From an archaeon (GTDB lineage: Archaea; Nanobdellota; Nanobdellia; Pacearchaeales; GW2011-AR1), in assembly GCA_018697295.1 (NCBI GenBank), contig JABHTJ010000006.1, positions 5,133-69,132 of the forward strand: DNA of 64,000 nucleotides. Direction: 5' to 3'. The translations under genes were made by a program, and so were the position numbers. Shown piece by piece: positions 7,950-16,581 of the stretch. A model generated the notes under the pieces. That model searched no databases and was not told the DNA's origin. It saw only the letters and a list, made by a program, of their open reading frames with translations. Each line of letters starts with the position of its first letter. The first letter of the stretch is position 1.

Positions 7950-8975
7950 ATGGTCAAACTAGGGTCAAAACATAAAACCACTGCATTTGGAACTGATGCA
8001 GAACGCTATCTTGCAAATTTATATGACTTAAATGGTAATGTAAGATGTTCCTCAAGACCTGACTTAAGCCATCCAAGAAAGTTATTCTCCGTAGAAGTAA
8101 AATCTGGGCTCGATCAAGGAATTTTAATTATGGAGCAAATGGCGTATCATTTTACGAACCCTTATGAGATTGTGCCATTTTTTGGAGATGACTCTACCGA
8201 CGTTTATTTGGCTCAACAAGAAAGAAATTATTCTGATGAGGGAGAAAGACTATTCTATTCTTTTGTTGAGAGGACAAATAGGGTGGCGGCAGTAAATTTT
8301 CAGGGAGATTTTTCAGCAGCAACACTAACTTGGGAGGATCAATATATCATTCCTTCAGAAGTTATTTTTCATTATTTCGCAGCCTCTCTTGCAACTCAAC
8401 AAAAAACAACTGTAAAAAAAGCATTGGGGGAATTACGTTCTAGACTCACAAATACAATTCTTCATGGAGAGCCGGCATACAAAAATCGAAAAGGACCTGC
8501 ATGGCAAGGGCTTAGATTCAGGGCAGCAAAAGCAATTGTGGAACGAGATTTTAGTGGACTACGAAATAAAGTTCAAATAAGAACAATGAATAATTTTAGA
8601 AAAAGTATTGAAAGTAATGGGTATGAAGATTTTCTCACAAGAAGTACCGAGGGTCCTAACGGCTCAACAGTTCACATGGTATATCCAAGAAAAGATGCGC
8701 AAAAAGTTGTCCAAATCAGAAGAAGTGTTACTGCAAATAAAAAGAAACTTGAAGCAATAGCGCAAGAGAGAAGAGATGCAATAAGGCAACTCGGAAGTAG
8801 AAAACTTCATAATAGGTTTTGGGGAGATTATCACAACGGGGGACTCGACGAAGAACGAAGAACACAATTAGTTAATCAAGGAATTCGTGCAGGGCAAATA
8901 GATAGATTAGAACGGCTATGTTATTGGATGGATGAATCTGATTGGCAAGAGTCGCTCGCAGAAATCCCCTTCTAA
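7950..8975 (+). CDS. Hypothetical protein with an Hjc-like PD-(D/E)xK nuclease N-terminus and an unknown 280-aa body
   Basis: GTDAERYLANLYDLNGNVRCSSRPDLSHPRKLFSVEVKSG follows the Hjc pattern G-x3-ER-x-L-x3-L...R...D-L...EVKS. The rest is unrecognised. Confidence 0.45.
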   Translation: MVKLGSKHKTTAFGTDAERYLANLYDLNGNVRCSSRPDLSHPRKLFSVEVKSGLDQGILIMEQMAYHFTNPYEIVPFFGDDSTDVYLAQQERNYSDEGERLFYSFVERTNRVAAVNFQGDFSAATLTWEDQYIIPSEVIFHYFAASLATQQKTTVKKALGELRSRLTNTILHGEPAYKNRKGPAWQGLRFRAAKAIVERDFSGLRNKVQIRTMNNFRKSIESNGYEDFLTRSTEGPNGSTVHMVYPRKDAQKVVQIRRSVTANKKKLEAIAQERRDAIRQLGSRKLHNRFWGDYHNGGLDEERRTQLVNQGIRAGQIDRLERLCYWMDESDWQESLAEIPF

Positions 8976-10852
8976 CCCTTCAACAACTCACCACGGACTC
9001 GCCGAACACCAGAACCAACACTTTTTTGTTTCGTAATTTTAAATGTCAAACCTGCAAAAACTTTCAAACTTTCAACATGTGGCCCAGAACAAATTTCTTT
9101 TGAGATTTTTCCATTATCAATAATATAAACACTCAACTTATCTACTTTAGAATATTTATCCTCAAAGATTCCTTCAGCACCAATTTTTTTCGCTTCAGCT
9201 AAACTCATTTCTTTTCGAATAACATCCTTTCCAGTTTTCATCCACGAATTAATAAGAGTTTCAATCTCGAAAACTTCATTCTCAGTTAATTTTCTATCAA
9301 ACGAAAAATCAAATCGAAGCCGCTCCGCAGTAATATTGCTTCCTCGCTGTTCAATCAGCTCACCATCCTCTCGCTTCAAAATTTTATTTAATGCAGCAGA
9401 AAGTAAATGTGCAGCAGTATGAAGTTTTGTCGTTTCTTCAGAATTATCAGCAAGGCCTGACTTAAATTTTCCAGCGGATGAAGTTCGAGAAAGTTCCTGG
9501 TGCTTTGAAAAAGCTTCTTCATAACCTCTAACATCAACATTCAAACCTTTCTCAAGAGCGAGTTCTTCCAAAATTTCGATTGGAAATCCATATGACTGAA
9601 ATAATAAAAACGCATCCTTCCCAGAAATATTTTTCCCTCGTGAGACATGCTTATCAAACATCCTCAAACCTTGTTCTAATGTTTTCAAAAATTTATCTTC
9701 TTCTTTTTGTAACTCTAATGAAATCTTTTTCACGTCCAATTTATAATCTTTGTAAATCATATAAACTGCATCAGCAATCTTAGTAGTAAAATCCTCAATT
9801 CCTAAAACTCGTCCAAACCTAATCGCTCTACGAATTAATCTCCGAAGAACATAACCTTGTTCAGTATTTCCAGGAACAACACAGTCATTAATAATAAAAA
9901 CTGCAGCCTTGATGTGGTCAGCAACAATTCTCATCGCCTTCGTCACAGTTTCATCTTCATCATAAGCATGCTCACTCAACATTTCAATTTTCTCAATAAT
10001 CGGCTTCCACATATCTGCTAAATAATTATCCTCTAAACCTTCAAGGATCGCAATAGTTCTTTCAACTCCCATTCCAGTATCAACATTTTTTTGTTTTGCT
10101 AAGATATATTCGGGTTCATCTACTTTTCTTTTTTTACTCTTTTCAACTTGCTCAGATTTTATAGTGCTCACTTTTTCTTCAATATCCTTAGGTCCCTTTA
10201 CTTCTCTTACATATGAATGGAAGTCACAAACATACTCCATAAAAACATCGTTCCAAATCTCAACCCAATTTTCATTTTCAGAATCAAACTCTTCAGGAAC
10301 TTCCCCTTCTTGTTTTTTCCAATAAAACATTTCAGTATCCGGTCCACACGGCCCAGTTTCTCCTGCAGGTCCCCACCAATTCTCTTTCTTATCTAAAAAT
10401 ACAATTCGTTTTTTAGAAATTCCTAAATCTTCCCAAACTTTTGCTGAAGTAGTATCTTTTGGAGCATTCTCGTCTCCTAAAAAAACGCTAACTGCTAACC
10501 GCTCAACTGGAATTTTCAATACTTTCGTCAAAAATTCGAAGGAATATTTTATCGCGTCTTCTTTTTCGTAATCACCTAAACTCCAATTCCCAAGCATCTC
10601 AAAAAAAGTATGGTGTGTCGTATCACCCACTTCTTCGATATCTCCTGTTCGAATACATCGCTGCAAACCAACTAATCGTTTTCCCGCAGAATGCCTTTGT
10701 CCGGATAAAAAAGGCACAAGCGGATGCATTCCTGCCGTCGTAAAAAGAACTGTCGGATCATTCTCAGGAATCAAACTCGCATTCGTAATCTTTGCATGGT
10801 CTTTCGACTCAAAAAACTTAATATATTTCTTAATCAATTCTTCTCGTTTCAT
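8972..10852 (-). CDS. alaS: Alanine--tRNA ligase, short form (catalytic and editing domains, no C-Ala domain)
   Basis: NDPTVLFTTAGMHPLVPFLSG, VDTGMGVERT, the editing motifs TAAHLLSAAL and CSGPHV. The protein ends soon after these at 626 aa. TAG stop. Confidence 0.9.
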   Translation of the reverse strand: MKREELIKKYIKFFESKDHAKITNASLIPENDPTVLFTTAGMHPLVPFLSGQRHSAGKRLVGLQRCIRTGDIEEVGDTTHHTFFEMLGNWSLGDYEKEDAIKYSFEFLTKVLKIPVERLAVSVFLGDENAPKDTTSAKVWEDLGISKKRIVFLDKKENWWGPAGETGPCGPDTEMFYWKKQEGEVPEEFDSENENWVEIWNDVFMEYVCDFHSYVREVKGPKDIEEKVSTIKSEQVEKSKKRKVDEPEYILAKQKNVDTGMGVERTIAILEGLEDNYLADMWKPIIEKIEMLSEHAYDEDETVTKAMRIVADHIKAAVFIINDCVVPGNTEQGYVLRRLIRRAIRFGRVLGIEDFTTKIADAVYMIYKDYKLDVKKISLELQKEEDKFLKTLEQGLRMFDKHVSRGKNISGKDAFLLFQSYGFPIEILEELALEKGLNVDVRGYEEAFSKHQELSRTSSAGKFKSGLADNSEETTKLHTAAHLLSAALNKILKREDGELIEQRGSNITAERLRFDFSFDRKLTENEVFEIETLINSWMKTGKDVIRKEMSLAEAKKIGAEGIFEDKYSKVDKLSVYIIDNGKISKEICSGPHVESLKVFAGLTFKITKQKSVGSGVRRVRGELLKG

Positions 10853-10946
10853 GTTTTTGGAAAGAGTAAGATATTTTTAAGGGTTTTGGGAGAAATCTTA
10901 ATAACTTTTTAAGCAAGATTGATAAAAAAAATATAACTTCAAAAAA

Positions 10947-13900
10947 TCACTTTCTCAAAACACGTCTTCTCTTAATCTTAGTTTTCTTTTTTCGATAAAG
11001 ATAAATGGCTACAAGGATAACCAAAAAAATCACAATAATTCCTACTCCATAGATTGCCAAATTAGATAGCCTACGAGCACCATCAATTTCTCCAGCTTCA
11101 AAACCTGACTCTCCTCCAGTTTCATCGACAACATTTCCAGAAATTTCCAGAAATTTCATATCTACAGAATCATCAGTGACAGAATTAAGTAAAAGGGATA
11201 AATCAAAATCGCCATCACCATCTAAATCAATTTTCTCTTCTACGCCAACATTCAATGTCAATTCAATCGGATCACTCGCAATATTCACGACAACAGAAGT
11301 TTCTCCAATAATTCCTGTAGTCAATATATGGTCTTCCAAATCAAGAGAAAAGAAAACTCGGTCAAGCTCATTAAGTGGTAAGGCAGTTCCAATGGTTAGA
11401 TCTTCCGAAGATAATTGATATAATTGAGGGCCTAAAATCTCTGGATCATCTCCTCCAGATCCTCCACTTCCCCCAGATCCTCCACTTCCCCCACTGCCGC
11501 CAGAGCCATCTCCTCCAGAGCCAGAATCGTCAGATTCAGTTTGACAAGAAGAATCACATCCGTCATTGTCCTCAGTATTTCCATCGTCACAAGTCTCTCC
11601 ATCTTCAAGAACATTATTTCCACAAACAGGATCATTTGGACCTCCCGTTTCCGGCTGACAAACAGAATCACATCCAGATCCCTGGACACCATTTTGAGAA
11701 CCTTCATCACAAACTTCTCCATCTTCAATAATTCCATTTCCACAAACAGCAGTACTTGCAGTCGTCACCAATTCGTCAACTGCTGCAGTACTGGATGTAA
11801 TACTTTCTTGAGGATCAGAAACCAATGTAGCAATAAAATAATATTCTGGATTTCCAAAGGTACAAACTCCTAGGGCCTCTCCATCACATTGCCATTCCGC
11901 AACCCAACTCCCTAGGGTACTTTCAGCAACAAATACTATGTTTGCAGGATTGATATTCGCAGCATCGTCTCCAAGAAGCTCATCGTCTTCGAAAACTTCA
12001 ATGCTTAATGTTTCTCCGTCACAATCTGTCCCAGTAACACTAAGTTCCACTATGGTTCCTTCAACAGCCTCGGTAACACTCCAATCTGCAGAAGTTAATA
12101 AACAACTAGGGCCCCCCGGGTTACTCTCACATCTGTCTGTTCCTTCATCGCAAGTTTCTCCTGCAGAACAAGTAATAACATCTCCATTTTGACAATTTAA
12201 AATTGGATCGCATGTTTCACTTCCATCGCAATATAATCCATTATCACAAAAGACATGGTTTGGGGTATTAACCACTGCATCACTTCCTTCATCACACGAA
12301 TCAACAGTACAATCAACATTATCGTTTGTCACAGGAGCACTTCCAGCCTGACAAACAGTATTCACACATGTCTCAACCCCATTACAAAATAAGTCATCAT
12401 TACAATCGGCGTCGATAGTACATCCAACATCCAAACATTCAACGGCACCTTTTCCGCATACTTCTGGTTGGCTTCCGTCTGGTCTGAATCCTTCACGAAC
12501 CCAATCATTCAATGCTGGTGCAGTATATTCTGCCCGATAATAATTTCTCCATTGTTTTCTTGCTTCAATCATAAATGCATCTCTGTCATTTGCGCCTCCT
12601 AGTACTTTAGAATTATATCCTGCCATATCTCGTAATACTGGATCAACAAAATTGATTTCTGTAGAATTAATATTTGTAGGATAAACAAAAATTGTAGGGA
12701 AGCCAGTAGCAAAACCATTGAAAAAATTATTTGTTTTTGTTATTTGTTCAGGGTCAGGAAATGGATAGGCTCCATTCCCATAACGTATCTTTCCAGGAAC
12801 AGAATATATAGTGTTTTGAGTAATATCTCCGACGGTGTGGGAATTAGGATCGTTAAAAAATGGATTTTCTGGATTATTCCAATGGTATACGTCTTCATTA
12901 AAATGGAGTGGACGTCCAGATAGGGGCACTGCTCCATCAAAGTAGGCAACAATATTTTTTCTAATGGTTATATCTCCGTTTTCAGCAAAAATTCCGTATC
13001 CCAAATTTTGATCTTCAGAGTCTGTTAAATGTAATACCACATTATTTTCAATTAATGCATTTACTCTTGGCCAGCTTTGATTTTGATCATGTTTACCAAC
13101 TGAGATTCCGATACCATGATCTTCAACATAATTATTTGTTATGTCTCCTCCAGGTCTTGATTGAAAAGCTATTGCTGCTGCATCAACAAATATATTATTT
13201 CTAAAAATTGTGTGCCCATCAACACCATACCCATTTTCATTATCTAAATAAACGTGTTTTCCTCTATAGTTCCCGTTAGTATGTCCTGCTGTATAGCCAT
13301 TATCATAAAATATATTTCCTTCAAAAAGTTTTAATCCATTTACTCCAGTGATGTAAACGGCATTTTCTCCTCCACTTCCTTCAATAACATTATTTCTGAG
13401 TGTAAGGTCGGATATTTGTCCAATCCAGGGAGCTTGGCTTGAACCAATTACGAATGCTGATTGAAAATTTTCAAAGTGCATTCCTTCGAAAATCCAACTC
13501 TCGCTTGTTCCTGAAGGAATCCATCTGAATGCTCTTTCTCCATTTCCATCATCTCCAGAATATGATGATTCAACATGTAAGTCAGCAAAAATTAAAAAAC
13601 TAGCTCCTGCACTTGACATTGCTCCAGAAAATGTTGATGTTGGCCCAGTAATTATTTTTGGCTGAATAGTTGTTGTCGTGTCGTAACTTGCAACAATTGC
13701 AGGTTCATCAGCTGATCTTCCTGATTTGCCCCATAATCCTAGACTTTGTCCGTTCCAGGTATCTCCTGCCTTGAATAATAGCCAGTGAGGCTCATTATTT
13801 GGTAATGCATCATAAATAGATTTTGCTTGAGAGATTGTTTTACATGGAATTTGCGAAGTTGGATTAAATGAGTCACTAATCCCGCTAGCTAAATAAGCAG

Positions 13901-16262
13901 CACAAGTCGCATCACTTCCAAGACTATCGCTAATATATACAATTTGAGTATCAATGCTTGGAACAAATGTCGTCCAATCACCAACAGATTCACAATATTC
14001 ATCTGCACCAACATCTGCTCCACCCTCACAGGGTCGAGAATCTCCCTCAAAGTCCTCTGTTGGACCAAAAGCAATATCTCCAGCATCAATCGCAGGTGAT
14101 CCGGGTTTTAAGTGAAAGTCTAAATTTTGCCAATCAACAAAATAATTATCTCCTTCTCCAGCACATGCATCAACTTGCATATTGGAACCACCCATAAGAG
14201 AACTAACAAGATTATTTTCTATAACATTATTTGACCCTCCAACTGTAAGGTGGGCATTACTTCCTCCAGGACATCCATAAATTGTGTTTCCTATAAATCT
14301 TGAATTTGTAGTCTCTTGCCAACTCATCCCATGAACATGAGTTGAAAGAATAATATTATTTTCAACAAGAGCATTATCAACTAAAATATCAAAATTATTT
14401 ATTCCTTGAGTCCATGCAATGCAACAACCCGGATAATCCGGTTCATTTGCCACAAGATTATTTCTAATAATTAAGTCTTCTACAAGGGTGGTATGGATTG
14501 CTCCAGTATGGAGTTGTATGGCATCATGATGGTAAACTGCTCCAGTCTGTTCATCATAACCCGTAATTGTATTTATGAGTTTATTATCTTCAATCGTTAC
14601 TCGATCTCCTCCAACACTCGTAATCGCGTCAGCAACCCACCGATCAATAGTATTCCCTCGAATAATAATATCATTTCCTGGAATAATCCCTTGATTAATT
14701 GTTGAAATATCATTATCTATAATTTTTACATACCGAGACGTCCCCCCAGGTAAATAAAATGCGTTGCCTCCAGCCCAAGACATTGCATTCCAATCGTCTT
14801 GAGTCCACAAATCACTAACAGATCGTTTAACAACAAACATCTTCAATCTTTGAAAGGTAAGGTATTCTGAACCAAGATTACTGGCGTCATAATTTGTGTA
14901 GATCATTGTGCTCCCACAACCATTACAAGTAGTTCCAGGAAATGAGGAGCTCACCGAAAATTGCTGGAATGTTAATCCTGTTGACCCTCGAACACGAATA
15001 GATTTTAATCGAACATTATCCGTTTCTCCTAACTGCCCCATGATGATTAAAGGATTGGCACCATCAAAGAATGCATTAGTAATGGATACTCGAGTATTGG
15101 TTCCACTCATCGTCCAATGATCTCCAGGTAGTAAGCATAAAACATCTCCTCCTTGAAATTGGCTAAGTGTTGTTGAAGAATAGGCCAGTTCTCCTAATCG
15201 TTGTAATGGATCATTAACCGTTAACCCGCTATTTCCCGAATTTCCAGTATCTGACAAATAATAAACAGTTCCTTGAGTCAATGTTGCTTGATCTTCGCAA
15301 CTAATTTCTCCTTCAATCTCAATCAAACATGCACTCGAACATAGATCACCATTAACATTATTCCCATCGTCGCACGTTTCCCCAAAACCAGAATCTATAA
15401 ATCCATCTCCGCAAAATCCTCCTGTCGCAACGCAAGTATCAAATGCGGAACAATCAAGCGAACAACTTTGAGTTCCATAGGCTCCGGCCCAAGCATCACA
15501 GTTTTGACTTCCTCCATCACAAACTTCCTCTGGAGAGTCCACCGTCAAATCACCACAAACACCACCCTGAACTGTCACATAAGTACAACTATTTCCACAA
15601 TACTCACAACTACTTTCATAGGCTGGAGAACAAACAGCTTCTGGAGGATCACAGGTCTCCCCGATATCTAATTGCAAATTCCCGCAAGTAAGTTCTGCTA
15701 AAACAGCAATTTCTGGAAATGTAAGTCCACGTTCATAAATTACAACTTCGTCAATAAAACCATCAAACGTTTTACCTCCCGAAGGATTATTTCCAATCCA
15801 AACCGGAACATCTGCAGAAGTAATCATCCCTGATTGAATTCCTCCACTATCTAATGTGCATGCAATCCCATTAACATAAACCGTAACTCCGGTTCCATCA
15901 TAGACTGCTGCAACATGTTGCCATTCATCGACGACAAGATCTTGGTCCGTACAAACATGAGTCTGAGTAGAACCACCAGTCTTCAATCGAAATCTCAATT
16001 TAGTCCCCCCACTATTTAACGTCGACAACATAAATGTATGGTCGTCTCCGGCAGTACCAACCGCTTTACTCAAAATTCGAGCATCCGAAATTCCAAAAGA
16101 ACTCGGATTTATCCACGCTGCAAGTGTAATTTCATTTCCAACAATATTAAATGAAGGAATTTCTACTTGCGCATTACTTCCAGGAAAACTTCCACAAGCC
16201 CCTTCATGACAATTAGCTAATTCCCAACCCATATTTATTGCCATCCCATCATAACCGCTCAA
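10947..16262 (-). CDS. Giant membrane-anchored surface protein: LamG/ConA-like domain, Cys-rich repeats, two parallel beta-helix blocks, GS linker and a C-terminal TM anchor
   Basis: LamG: ITLAAWINPSS...WQHVAAVYDGTGVTVYVNG. Cys repeats: CGDGFIDSGFGETCDDGN and CGNNVLEDGETCDDGN. Beta-helix rungs: IIRGNTI, IEDNKLIN, IRNNLVAN, VENNIILS. Also DFHLKPGSPAIDAGD and a C-terminal LAIYGVGIIVIFLVILVAIYLYRKKK. It has only a TTG start and no signal peptide of its own. Confidence 0.85.
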   Translation of the reverse strand: MSGYDGMAINMGWELANCHEGACGSFPGSNAQVEIPSFNIVGNEITLAAWINPSSFGISDARILSKAVGTAGDDHTFMLSTLNSGGTKLRFRLKTGGSTQTHVCTDQDLVVDEWQHVAAVYDGTGVTVYVNGIACTLDSGGIQSGMITSADVPVWIGNNPSGGKTFDGFIDEVVIYERGLTFPEIAVLAELTCGNLQLDIGETCDPPEAVCSPAYESSCEYCGNSCTYVTVQGGVCGDLTVDSPEEVCDGGSQNCDAWAGAYGTQSCSLDCSAFDTCVATGGFCGDGFIDSGFGETCDDGNNVNGDLCSSACLIEIEGEISCEDQATLTQGTVYYLSDTGNSGNSGLTVNDPLQRLGELAYSSTTLSQFQGGDVLCLLPGDHWTMSGTNTRVSITNAFFDGANPLIIMGQLGETDNVRLKSIRVRGSTGLTFQQFSVSSSFPGTTCNGCGSTMIYTNYDASNLGSEYLTFQRLKMFVVKRSVSDLWTQDDWNAMSWAGGNAFYLPGGTSRYVKIIDNDISTINQGIIPGNDIIIRGNTIDRWVADAITSVGGDRVTIEDNKLINTITGYDEQTGAVYHHDAIQLHTGAIHTTLVEDLIIRNNLVANEPDYPGCCIAWTQGINNFDILVDNALVENNIILSTHVHGMSWQETTNSRFIGNTIYGCPGGSNAHLTVGGSNNVIENNLVSSLMGGSNMQVDACAGEGDNYFVDWQNLDFHLKPGSPAIDAGDIAFGPTEDFEGDSRPCEGGADVGADEYCESVGDWTTFVPSIDTQIVYISDSLGSDATCAAYLASGISDSFNPTSQIPCKTISQAKSIYDALPNNEPHWLLFKAGDTWNGQSLGLWGKSGRSADEPAIVASYDTTTTIQPKIITGPTSTFSGAMSSAGASFLIFADLHVESSYSGDDGNGERAFRWIPSGTSESWIFEGMHFENFQSAFVIGSSQAPWIGQISDLTLRNNVIEGSGGENAVYITGVNGLKLFEGNIFYDNGYTAGHTNGNYRGKHVYLDNENGYGVDGHTIFRNNIFVDAAAIAFQSRPGGDITNNYVEDHGIGISVGKHDQNQSWPRVNALIENNVVLHLTDSEDQNLGYGIFAENGDITIRKNIVAYFDGAVPLSGRPLHFNEDVYHWNNPENPFFNDPNSHTVGDITQNTIYSVPGKIRYGNGAYPFPDPEQITKTNNFFNGFATGFPTIFVYPTNINSTEINFVDPVLRDMAGYNSKVLGGANDRDAFMIEARKQWRNYYRAEYTAPALNDWVREGFRPDGSQPEVCGKGAVECLDVGCTIDADCNDDLFCNGVETCVNTVCQAGSAPVTNDNVDCTVDSCDEGSDAVVNTPNHVFCDNGLYCDGSETCDPILNCQNGDVITCSAGETCDEGTDRCESNPGGPSCLLTSADWSVTEAVEGTIVELSVTGTDCDGETLSIEVFEDDELLGDDAANINPANIVFVAESTLGSWVAEWQCDGEALGVCTFGNPEYYFIATLVSDPQESITSSTAAVDELVTTASTAVCGNGIIEDGEVCDEGSQNGVQGSGCDSVCQPETGGPNDPVCGNNVLEDGETCDDGNTEDNDGCDSSCQTESDDSGSGGDGSGGSGGSGGSGGSGGSGGDDPEILGPQLYQLSSEDLTIGTALPLNELDRVFFSLDLEDHILTTGIIGETSVVVNIASDPIELTLNVGVEEKIDLDGDGDFDLSLLLNSVTDDSVDMKFLEISGNVVDETGGESGFEAGEIDGARRLSNLAIYGVGIIVIFLVILVAIYLYRKKKTKIKRRRVLRK
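11449..11526 (-). repeat. Short tandem repeat encoding a (GSG)n linker
   Basis: Encodes SGSGGDGSGGSGGSGGSGGSGGSGG inside the giant CDS. Confidence 0.8.
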
Positions 16263-16304
16263 AGAAGAATCAGCAACGAGAGTTCCCGTTCCTTCATTAA
16301 ATTC

Positions 16305-16520
16305 CTAATGTGCAATAAGGCCAGTTTGATCAACTGGAGAGGCAAAAAGGGGTTGTTTTCCAGTAAGAAAATCAATAAAATTCTGTCGATCAAAAATTCC
16401 TTGCTGATCAAAATTAGAAAAGAGTGCAATTAAAATAACAAAAGAAAATATGCCTAGAACTATTAGCGATGTTTCAAGAACTCCATAATTTTTTCTAATC
16501 AACTTTTTTTCCATAATCAC
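16305..16520 (-). CDS. Signal-anchor leader ORF (71 aa), in frame with the giant surface protein and separated from it by one TAG
   Basis: MIMEKKLIRKNYGVLETSLIVLGIFSFVILIALF has a positive n-region and a hydrophobic helix. It shares a reading frame with 10947..16262. Confidence 0.6.
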   Translation of the reverse strand: MIMEKKLIRKNYGVLETSLIVLGIFSFVILIALFSNFDQQGIFDRQNFIDFLTGKQPLFASPVDQTGLIAH

Positions 16521-16581
16521 ATTTTCCTCAATGAATTAATATATGCAACCCTATATTTAAAATTTCGCAAAATATCCGCAA

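Noticed and set aside
11449-11526. Short tandem repeats, here and at 41743-42150, considered as a possible CRISPR array
   Set aside because: Both are in-frame coding repeats (a GSG linker and 68-codon protein modules). They lack the repeat-spacer architecture, and no cas genes are nearby.
11176-15691. A dozen 60-118-aa ORFs on the plus strand or in alternative minus frames inside the giant surface-protein gene
   Set aside because: They lie entirely within a 5.3-kb ORF with clear domain content. Their products are low-complexity mirror images of that frame, with no start context or motifs.
16305-16307. Genome-wide reassignment of TAG (for example to pyrrolysine or another sense meaning) as the explanation for the in-frame TAG
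   Set aside because: TAG ends conserved genes at their expected C-termini in the same window: alaS at 8972-8974, mcm at 16582-16584 and the GH26-like gene at 4700-4702. I saw no Pyl machinery. A local event is more likely.
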